From Candidatus Acidiferrum sp. (GTDB lineage: Bacteria; Acidobacteriota; Terriglobia; Acidiferrales; UBA7541), in contig JBEKOE010000014.1 of assembly GCA_049522075.1 (NCBI GenBank), positions 4,284 through 36,283 on the forward strand: DNA of 32,000 nt, read 5' to 3'. Both the position numbers and the translations under genes were made by a program. Under the pieces are notes generated by a model. That model saw nothing but the letters and a program-made list of their open reading frames with translations, made no database searches and was not told where the DNA came from. Below, in pieces: positions 16,718 through 23,859 of the stretch (position 1 is its first letter; each line of letters begins with the position of its first letter).

Positions 16718-17761
16718 ATGCGGTATCCCCTCCGGCTGATCTTCGATTCCGCCAAACATCTCGCTAGACACAAGCTGCGCGGTGAGCGGAAATTCGCCGT
16801 CATGCTTAGGCTAGAGCCCCAGGGCGGCTATGCGGGCACGTGCGGCGGATCGAACGGCGGAAATGGGCAGGCGGCATCGCCGCGCAGGACGCCACTCAGC
16901 GTGGAGCAATGCCTGGCGGCGATGGAGGAGTGCGACACGCCCGTGGTGGCCATCTGCGGCGGCGAACCGCTGGAGTATGAAGGAATCGCGGAGCTGACGC
17001 GCACGATCCTGGACCGCGGCAAGCATGTGTTCCTTTGCACGGACGGCACGCTGATACGGCGGCGCATGCACATGATCCTGCCGGTGACCAGTTTCTTCTG
17101 GAACGTGAGGCTTAATGGCACGGAAACCGTCCACGATTCACGCGCGGGCAAGCCGGGGCAATTCGCGGAAGCGCTGGACGGCGTAAAGGCCGCGAAGAAT
17201 GCGGGCTTTTTTGTGGTGGTGACGTCGACGGTATGCCCGGACACCAATGTGCGGGATCTGGCGGCGCTATATGAGAAGCTGCATGGCATGCACGTGGATG
17301 GTTACATGCTCGCGCCGGCGTACCTTCCCGGAAAAGTTTGCCGGGACGCGAGCGCCAAATTCCACGCCGCGATGCACCAGCGGTTCGCGGAAATCAGCGA
17401 TTCCCTGGGTGATTATAATTTGCTGGTGTCACCGGTCTATTTGGAATACCTGCGCGGGGAACGCGAACTGGATTGCAGCGTGTGGGGGAGCCCGGTATAC
17501 GGGCCGGGCGGCTGGTCTGGTCCTTGCTATTTGCTGGACTACAACCTCGAGAAGAGCTACAAAGCGCTGCTGGAAAATACGCTTTGGGAGAATTTTGGCC
17601 GGGGCATTAACCCGCGGTGTGAGACCTGCTCGTGTCACGCCGGCTTTGAGACGGCGGCTTTGCTGGGAGTGAATCGCAAAACGGGTGATGCCTGGAAGAT
17701 GCTGGCTTGGCAATTCGGCGGCGGATTGGGCGAGAAGCGAGAAAGCGTGCGGAAGCCATGA
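16718..17761 (+). CDS. hpnH: HpnH-like protein (adenosylhopane synthase homolog) lacking the canonical radical-SAM CX3CX2C triad
   Basis: 347 aa, starting 8 nt after the shc stop. HpnH-like blocks: FAVMLRLEP, LSVEQCLAAMEECDTPVVAICGGEPL, FLCTDG, VRLNGTETVHD, and a C-terminal DUF3463-like segment CSVWGSPVYGPGGWSGPCYLL...CETCSCHAGFE. Where HpnH normally has CNLACAGC, this protein reads QGGYAGTCGGSNGG. Confidence 0.8.
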   Translation: MRYPLRLIFDSAKHLARHKLRGERKFAVMLRLEPQGGYAGTCGGSNGGNGQAASPRRTPLSVEQCLAAMEECDTPVVAICGGEPLEYEGIAELTRTILDRGKHVFLCTDGTLIRRRMHMILPVTSFFWNVRLNGTETVHDSRAGKPGQFAEALDGVKAAKNAGFFVVVTSTVCPDTNVRDLAALYEKLHGMHVDGYMLAPAYLPGKVCRDASAKFHAAMHQRFAEISDSLGDYNLLVSPVYLEYLRGERELDCSVWGSPVYGPGGWSGPCYLLDYNLEKSYKALLENTLWENFGRGINPRCETCSCHAGFETAALLGVNRKTGDAWKMLAWQFGGGLGEKRESVRKP

Positions 17762-18765
17762 CGACACTTGTGACGGGGGCGGCAGGATTTCTGGGCAGCC
17801 ATGTGGCGCGGCAATTAGTGGCGCGCGGCGATGATGTGCGCGTACTGGTGCGTGCCTCGAGCAGCAATCGCGCGATCAGCGATTTGTCGCTGGAATACGT
17901 AACGGGGGATCTGCGAGATGCGGGTTCGTTGGAACGCGCAATGAACGGCGTGCAGCGCGTGTTTCACGTGGCGGCGGATTACCGGCTGTGGGCGAAAAAT
18001 CCGCAGGAGATCTACGATTCGAACGTGGGCGGGACAAAAAATTTGCTGGAGGCGGCCAAGCGCGCCGGCGTTGGCCAATTGATTTACACCAGCACCGTGG
18101 CGACGATCGCGGTGGACCGGCCCGAGCTCCCCAACGAATTCACGGAGGCAAAGCTCGAGGAGATGATCGGGCACTACAAGCGCTCGAAATGGATGGCCGA
18201 GCAGGAAGTGTTGAAGGCGGCGAAAGAAGGATTCCCCGCGATTGTGGCAATGCCCACCACGCCGGTGGGGCCGTGGGATTGGAAGCCCACGCCCACGGGA
18301 AAGATCATTCTCGATTTTCTGAATGGGAAGATGCCGGGCTACGTCGATACGGGGTTGAACTTTGTGGGCGTGGAGGAGTGCGCGGCGGGGCATCTGCTGG
18401 TTTCGGAGAAGGGCAAGATTGGCGAGCGGTATTTGCTGGGAGCGGAGAATCTGACGCTGAAGGAAGTGCTGGATACCTTGGCGAGGATCACGGGTTTACG
18501 GGCGCCAGGGATGAAAATCCCGCACTCGGTGGCGTTGGGTGTAGCCTACGTGGAAAGCGCGTTTTCACGATTGCTTGGGAAAGAGCCGGGGATTCCGGTA
18601 GAAGGCGTGAAGATCGCGCGGCACAAGATGTTTGTGGATGCTTCGCGGGCGCGGCGGGAATTGGGATTTCAGCCGGGGCCGGTGGCGGCGGCGCTGGAGC
18701 GCGCGGTGCGGTGGTATCAGGCGAATGGGTATGTGCGGGCGGGGCGGGCGAAGAAGATGAGGTAA
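17758..18765 (+). CDS. hpnA: Hopanoid-associated NAD-dependent sugar epimerase/dehydratase family protein
   Basis: The ATG at 17758 overlaps the hpnH stop as ATGA (17758-17761). Rossmann motif VTGAAGFLGSHV; SDR catalytic YKRSK (YxxxK); extended-SDR layout; position between hpnH and hpnG. Confidence 0.85.
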   Translation: MTTLVTGAAGFLGSHVARQLVARGDDVRVLVRASSSNRAISDLSLEYVTGDLRDAGSLERAMNGVQRVFHVAADYRLWAKNPQEIYDSNVGGTKNLLEAAKRAGVGQLIYTSTVATIAVDRPELPNEFTEAKLEEMIGHYKRSKWMAEQEVLKAAKEGFPAIVAMPTTPVGPWDWKPTPTGKIILDFLNGKMPGYVDTGLNFVGVEECAAGHLLVSEKGKIGERYLLGAENLTLKEVLDTLARITGLRAPGMKIPHSVALGVAYVESAFSRLLGKEPGIPVEGVKIARHKMFVDASRARRELGFQPGPVAAALERAVRWYQANGYVRAGRAKKMR

Positions 18766-18800
18766 AGGAAGTAAAGGATGTGAAGGAAGTAAGTAAGGAA
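18762..18800 (+). repeat. Purine-rich 9-mer tandem repeat (gtaaaggaa gtaaaggat gtgaaggaa gtaa-gtaaggaa) in the hpnA-hpnG junction
   Basis: Read directly. It starts within the hpnA stop codon (TAA 18763-18765) and ends 6 nt before the hpnG ATG. It supplies several AAGGA/GGAAG Shine-Dalgarno-like cores and contains an in-frame GTG (18780) as an alternative hpnG start. Confidence 0.7.
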
Positions 18801-18806
18801 GAGCTG

Positions 18807-19592
18807 ATGAGGGTGCTGGTGACATTTGCGGTGGAAGCGGAATTTGCGCCGTGGCGCAAGCGATGGCCATTCGAGATCGCAGCGGCCGGGGGAATTCGAT
18901 TCTGGCGGGCGGACATCGATGACTGCAACGTCACAGTTCTTTTGACGGCGATGGGGACCTTAGCAGCGGTGTTGACGGTTGACACCTTTTTGCGAAAGGA
19001 GAATGAGGACAAATCCTTCGCTGTTTGTATTTCTAGCGGGCTAGCGGGCGCTTTACGGGAAACACTGGGACCGGGAGATATCATTGCACCACGAATGCTC
19101 GTGCCTGAGACCGTCTACCCGGAGCGGCAAGAGAATCGATTGGAGGTTAATGCGGCATTGCGGGAACTGGCGCTGAAGTGTGGGGCCAAAGGGACTGATT
19201 GTCTTTGGACTGCCGACCAAGTTCTCGTCAAGGCTGCCGATAAGAAGATTTATTCTTCACGGGCAGAAGCAGTGGACATGGAGAGCTTTGGGATTGCCAC
19301 GGAAGCCGGAGCATGGGGATTACGAACCGTAGTCGTCCGGGCAATAAGCGATTCGGTAGTAGAGGACCTCCCGCTAGACTTCAATCGGACCCTGTCGGAC
19401 AACGAACAAATCAGTGTGTCAAAGGTGTTGATCCAGCTGGCGAAGAGGCCGTCGGCAATCCCTGCGATGGTCAAGTTCGGCCTGCAGAGTCGAAGGGCCG
19501 CGGAATCGCTGGCAACGTTTCTGGATAAGTATCTTCGAGAATTAAGCAAAGTGTCTGCATTAAGCGGTTCAAATGAAATGGCGACGCGATGA
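18807..19592 (+). CDS. hpnG: Hopanoid-associated nucleoside phosphorylase/nucleosidase (PNP_UDP_1 family)
   Basis: This is the C-terminal 261 aa of the listed ORF 17988..19592; the upstream part of that ORF overlaps hpnA out of frame. MRVLVTFAVEAEF..., SSGLAGAL, AVDMESFGIA (a nucleosidase-type DMES motif). The alternative in-frame GTG 18780 would add 9 aa. Confidence 0.8.
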   Translation: MRVLVTFAVEAEFAPWRKRWPFEIAAAGGIRFWRADIDDCNVTVLLTAMGTLAAVLTVDTFLRKENEDKSFAVCISSGLAGALRETLGPGDIIAPRMLVPETVYPERQENRLEVNAALRELALKCGAKGTDCLWTADQVLVKAADKKIYSSRAEAVDMESFGIATEAGAWGLRTVVVRAISDSVVEDLPLDFNRTLSDNEQISVSKVLIQLAKRPSAIPAMVKFGLQSRRAAESLATFLDKYLRELSKVSALSGSNEMATR

Positions 19593-20695
19593 GCGGAGCT
19601 GAGACGGTGGTGGAGCAGGTGAGAATGTTGGGGCCAATACCGAAGACGATGCGGGCGGGGGTGTTCCGGGAGAAGGGCGTGGTGCGGGTGGAGGAAGTGC
19701 CTGTGCCGGAGGTGCGGGACGGCGAGGTGCTTATTAAGGTGGCGGCGTGCGGCATCTGCGGCACGGACATCAAGAAGATATTTCAGCGCTACGTGGAACC
19801 GCCACAGATCCTGGGCCATGAGCTGGCTGGAACAGTTGCGGCGCTGGGGCGCGGCGTGACCAAATGGAAATTGGGCGACCGTGTGATGAGTTTCCACCAC
19901 GTTCCTTGCGGGACATGTTTCTACTGCAGGAACCGGCTTTTTTCACAATGCACGCAATACAAAACGACCGGGTTAACGGGGGGGTTCACGCCGAACGGCG
20001 GAGGCTTTGGGGAATACGTGAAGGCGATGCCGTGGGTAGCGGAGCGGGGGATCGTGGCGTTGCCGGACAATGTGACGTTTGAAGAGGCCACGTTCATCGA
20101 ACCCATCAATACCATCATGAAGGCGGTGCAGAAGGCGCGCGTCACGGCTGGCGAGACGGTGCTCATTGCCGGGTGCGGTCCCATCGGCCTGCAGCTTCTG
20201 ATGGTTGCCAAATATGGGGGAGCGCGCATCTATACGAGTGACCCCATGGCCACGCGTCGTGAGAAAAGCTTAAGATTGGGAGCTGTGGAGTCTTTTGACC
20301 CCATAAATGATAAGCTTGTGGAAGCGTTGCACGCACGTACCGAGGGACGGGGGGTAGACGCGGTCCTGGTGGCTGTAGCGCATCCGGCCGTGGTCGCAGA
20401 TGCTTTGGCGGCGGCGCGGCCCGGTGGCAGGGTGCTTCTGTTTGCCGCAAACGACCCTGTCACGAGAATTGAGTTTCCCGCCGCGGCTATAGGGATAGAC
20501 GAGAAAGAAATCTTGGGCAGCTACAGCGCGGCCATGGACATCCAAGAAAGCGCGGCAGCGCTGGTGCTGGAAAAGAAACTGCCGGTGATGGAGATTGTGA
20601 CGCACCGGTTTCCGCTAAGTAGAATCCAAGAGGGCTTGGAACTGGCGGCGAGGCCCACGGAAACTTCGCTGAAGGTCCTGATCACGCACGAATGA
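19589..20695 (+). CDS. MDR-superfamily zinc-dependent dehydrogenase (polyol / threonine dehydrogenase-like), canonical active site
   Basis: The start ATG overlaps the hpnG stop (ATGA 19589-19592); alternative starts are ATG 19625 and ATG 19649 (MRAGVF...). Catalytic-zinc motifs ACGICGTD, GHE and EP; structural zinc CGTCFYCRNRLFSQC; Rossmann GCGPIG. Confidence 0.85.
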   Translation: MSGAETVVEQVRMLGPIPKTMRAGVFREKGVVRVEEVPVPEVRDGEVLIKVAACGICGTDIKKIFQRYVEPPQILGHELAGTVAALGRGVTKWKLGDRVMSFHHVPCGTCFYCRNRLFSQCTQYKTTGLTGGFTPNGGGFGEYVKAMPWVAERGIVALPDNVTFEEATFIEPINTIMKAVQKARVTAGETVLIAGCGPIGLQLLMVAKYGGARIYTSDPMATRREKSLRLGAVESFDPINDKLVEALHARTEGRGVDAVLVAVAHPAVVADALAAARPGGRVLLFAANDPVTRIEFPAAAIGIDEKEILGSYSAAMDIQESAAALVLEKKLPVMEIVTHRFPLSRIQEGLELAARPTETSLKVLITHE

Positions 20696-21807
20696 GAGCA
20701 GCATCCACAAAAAGGACAGAGATGGGGGTGGAAGAAGTGCTGGCCCCGACGAAGATCCTCGTGCCATCAAGAATGACGGCGGCGGTGCTATACGGCAGCG
20801 AAGATCTACGCGTCGAGCAAATCGATGTGCCTGCATTGTCGGCCGAAGAAGTGCTTCTGCGGGTGCGCCTGGCCCTGACCGACGGCACCGACCTGAAGGT
20901 CTGGATACGCGGCTACCACGCGAAGATGATCCGGCCACCGGCGGTGTTTGGCCACGAAGTGGTTGGCGAGATTGTCGCCGTGGGGAAGCGCGTGGACACG
21001 AAATGGCGGCTGGGTACGCGGGTGGTAGCCGCCAACTCCGCGCCCTGCTTCCGCTGCTACCAATGCCGCCGCGGCCAGGAAAATCTTTGCGAGGATCTGC
21101 TTTTTAACAACGGAGCATACGCCGAATACATGCGCATTCCCGGACGCATCGTCCGGGAGAACATGCTGGAAGTGCCGCACTCAATAGACGACCACAGCGC
21201 CGCGCTGGTGGAACCCCTGGCATGCGTGCTGCGCGGGATTCATGAAATGGAAGTGCGCACGGGCGACACGGCTGCGGTGATTGGCTGCGGTCCCATCGGA
21301 CTGAAATTTGTGCGCATGTTGTCGCGTCGCGGCGTACGAGTGATCGCGCTGGCCCGCCGGGAGGCTCCCCTGGAGGTTGCACGCAAGCTGGGTGCCGTAG
21401 CGACCATCAATGTCACCGAGGTTGCCGACGTTGCCGGTGCGGTGAAGGCGCTGACCGATGAGCAGCGCGGGCCGGACTGCGTGGTGGAGGCCGCCGGTAA
21501 TCCCGCGACTTGGCAGCAAGCGCTGGCGATGGTGCGACGCGGCGGGGTGGTGAATTTCTTCAGCGGGCTCCCCAAGGACACGCGGGTGGAAATCGCGCCG
21601 GCCACCATTCACTATTCGGAAATCAAGATTATTTCACCGTTCCATCACACGCCGCGCTTTATCCGTGAAGCGATGGAAGCGATCCGCCGTGGCGATATAT
21701 CGGCCCAGGATTTTGTCACCGAGGAGATTGGCCTGGTCGATCTGCCGCAGGCGTTTGAGCGCATGAAGGCGCGCAGCGGCGAAATCAAGCTGGCCGTGAG
21801 GCCGTAG
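20692..21807 (+). CDS. MDR-superfamily dehydrogenase paralog with the catalytic-zinc Cys replaced
   Basis: The start ATG overlaps the preceding stop (ATGA 20692-20695); the alternative start ATG 20773 (MTAAVLYG...) matches typical MDR N-termini. Structural zinc CFRCYQCRRGQENLC, GHE, VEP and GCGPIG are retained, but the ACGICGTD position reads RLALTDGTD. Confidence 0.8.
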   Translation: MRAASTKRTEMGVEEVLAPTKILVPSRMTAAVLYGSEDLRVEQIDVPALSAEEVLLRVRLALTDGTDLKVWIRGYHAKMIRPPAVFGHEVVGEIVAVGKRVDTKWRLGTRVVAANSAPCFRCYQCRRGQENLCEDLLFNNGAYAEYMRIPGRIVRENMLEVPHSIDDHSAALVEPLACVLRGIHEMEVRTGDTAAVIGCGPIGLKFVRMLSRRGVRVIALARREAPLEVARKLGAVATINVTEVADVAGAVKALTDEQRGPDCVVEAAGNPATWQQALAMVRRGGVVNFFSGLPKDTRVEIAPATIHYSEIKIISPFHHTPRFIREAMEAIRRGDISAQDFVTEEIGLVDLPQAFERMKARSGEIKLAVRP

Positions 21808-21823
21808 GCAGGACCGATGTTAC

Positions 21824-21851
21824 GTGACCTGTGAATCGTGATTCGTGAAAC
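21824..21851. repeat. Four tandem heptamers GTGANNY (gtgacct gtgaatc gtgattc gtgaaac)
   Basis: Read directly. Located in the 102-bp gap between the second dehydrogenase and hpnC/D, the only sizeable intergenic gap inside the operon. Confidence 0.8.
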
Positions 21852-21909
21852 CCGGACCTTCGATTGGTTCAGCCCACTGTGATCAAATGAATGAGGAAGT
21901 TCTTCGCTG

Positions 21910-23859
21910 ATGCTGTGTCCAGACGAGCTTGAAATTGCTGCCAGACTGCCGACCAACGGGTGCGCGGCAGATGAAGCGCAAGCGTACACGCGGTGGCTGG
22001 CGACGCACCACTACGAAAATTTCAACGTTGTGTCCTGGCTCCTGCCGAAGGAACTGCACCAGCATTTCTATAATGTTTATGCGTATTGCCGGTGGGCGGA
22101 TGATTTGGGCGACGAAATCCCTGAGAGCGCGCGCGCACTAGAGTTGTTGGACTGGTGGGAGCGGGAGTTAGACGCTTGCTATGAGGGTAGGCCCGTACAT
22201 CCCGTGTTTGTGGCTCTTCGCGAAACGGTGGTGGCCAAGGACGTTCCGAAGCAGCCGTTCGCGGATTTATTGAAGGCGTTTCGTCAGGACCAGGTGGTCA
22301 AGCGTTACGGGACTTGGGAAGGCGTGCTTGATTATTGTGTGTACTCGGCAAATCCCGTTGGGCGGCTGGTGTTGTACTTATGCGGTTACCGGGATGAGCA
22401 CCGACAACGGCTTTCCGATGCGACTTGTACGGCGCTGCAGCTCGCCAATTTCTGGCAGGATGTTTCGCGGGACCTGGAGAAGGGACGAATCTACATACCG
22501 CTGGAGCGGGCCGCGGCGCACGGCGTCAGCGAAAGCGACATTGTTGGAAAGAAATTCAGCGAGCGATATACCTCGCTGATGAGGGAGCTGATCAAGTACA
22601 CGCGAGAGCTTTTTGAAAAAGGCAGGCCACTATCCAGAATGGTGGACGGTAAATTAAGCGTGGATTTGGAGATGTTCAGCCGGGGCGGGCTGGCGGTACT
22701 GGATGCGATTGAAGCGATGGGCTATGACACGCTGAACCGTCGGCCCAAGGTGAGCAAGGGGAAGCAGGTGCGGTTGCTGGGGCGCGCGATGGTAGCGCAG
22801 GTGTTCGAGCGGGGCGGCGAGAATCGCAACGGAGGATTTCCACGCGAGGGGGCACGATTTTCGGTTGCGGATGGAACTTCGCGGGAAATTGCGGCGTCGT
22901 ACGCAGAATGCCATCGCATGGCTCGGGCTGCCCACAGCAACTTCTATCCCGCGTTTTTCCTTCTGCCCAAGGCGAAGCGGGACGGGATTGTGGCGCTGTA
23001 TGCGTTCATGCGCTTGATTGACAATGTTTCTGATGGAGGCGGCAACCTGGCGGAAAAGCAGCGCGGGCTGGCGAGGTGGCGTGCGGCGCTGGATCAGGCG
23101 ATTACCGGGCAATTGCAGGTGTTCGACGGAAACGCAGCGATGGAGTCTCCGGTGGCTACGCTGCCGGGCGCGGAAGAGGTGTTGCCTGCGCTGGTGGACA
23201 CGATCGGCCGCTTCGATATGCCAGCGCGTTATCTGCATGACCTGATTTCCGGCGCGGAAATGGACTTAACGATCCAGGCGTATCCCTCATTCGAGCGACT
23301 GGAGGAGTATTGCTACCGTGTGGCAGGGACCGTTGGACTGACCTGCACGCACATTTTCGGATTTCGAGATGCGAAGGCGCTGGACCTTGCGGAGAAGCTT
23401 GGGCTGGCGTTTCAACTGACGAATATTATTCGGGATGTCCGGGAAGATTACGCGAATGGCCGCGTGTATTTGCCGGAAGAGGATTTGGCGCGCTACAGCG
23501 TGGCGAAAACGGATTTTGGCAGAAACGAAGCCACGCTGGGCGTGCATGAATTGCTGCGGTTTGAGACAGAACGCGCCTGGAGGCTGTACGAGGAAGGCGC
23601 AAAGCTGCTTAGCCTGATTGACGAAGACAGCCGGGGCACGTTGTGGCTGCTGGTGCACACGTATAGCGCGTTGCTGGCGCGGATTGAATCAAAGGATTTT
23701 GCCGTTTTCGGGGAGCGTTTGCGGCTTTCCAAAGCGGAAAAACTGAAGTTGGTTGCCAAGGCGCGTTTCGGGCGCCCTACGGAAGAGAACATACTTGCAA
23801 AGCGTGATCGTGATCGGCGGGGGACTGGCGGGGCTGTCGGCGGGCGTCGCACTGGCTGA
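21910..23859 (+). CDS. hpnC/hpnD: Fused HpnC-HpnD: two tandem squalene/phytoene-synthase-fold domains (hydroxysqualene synthase-like + presqualene diphosphate synthase-like)
   Basis: A single 649-aa ORF. Domain 1: HHYENFNVVSWLLP, YCRWADDLGDE, NFWQDVSRDLEKGRIYIP. Domain 2: SNFYPAFFLLPKAKRDGIVALYAFMRLIDNVSDGG, NIIRDVREDYANGRVYLPEEDL. The domains are joined by a Gly/Arg-rich linker (ERGGENRNGGFPREGARF). Confidence 0.85.
   Translation: MLCPDELEIAARLPTNGCAADEAQAYTRWLATHHYENFNVVSWLLPKELHQHFYNVYAYCRWADDLGDEIPESARALELLDWWERELDACYEGRPVHPVFVALRETVVAKDVPKQPFADLLKAFRQDQVVKRYGTWEGVLDYCVYSANPVGRLVLYLCGYRDEHRQRLSDATCTALQLANFWQDVSRDLEKGRIYIPLERAAAHGVSESDIVGKKFSERYTSLMRELIKYTRELFEKGRPLSRMVDGKLSVDLEMFSRGGLAVLDAIEAMGYDTLNRRPKVSKGKQVRLLGRAMVAQVFERGGENRNGGFPREGARFSVADGTSREIAASYAECHRMARAAHSNFYPAFFLLPKAKRDGIVALYAFMRLIDNVSDGGGNLAEKQRGLARWRAALDQAITGQLQVFDGNAAMESPVATLPGAEEVLPALVDTIGRFDMPARYLHDLISGAEMDLTIQAYPSFERLEEYCYRVAGTVGLTCTHIFGFRDAKALDLAEKLGLAFQLTNIIRDVREDYANGRVYLPEEDLARYSVAKTDFGRNEATLGVHELLRFETERAWRLYEEGAKLLSLIDEDSRGTLWLLVHTYSALLARIESKDFAVFGERLRLSKAEKLKLVAKARFGRPTEENILAKRDRDRRGTGGAVGGRRTG

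Noticed and set aside
15708-16718. 336-aa minus-strand ORF (and 15012..15563, 15790..16389) antisense to shc
   Set aside because: shc on the plus strand has the DxDD and QW motifs over its full length. The antisense peptides are R/H/P/Q-rich with no signatures.
17988-18806. N-terminal 273 codons of the listed 534-aa ORF 17988..19592
   Set aside because: This stretch overlaps hpnA in another frame and translates to Gly/Arg/Ala-rich low-complexity sequence. Recognisable nucleosidase (HpnG) sequence begins only at ATG 18807, or possibly GTG 18780.
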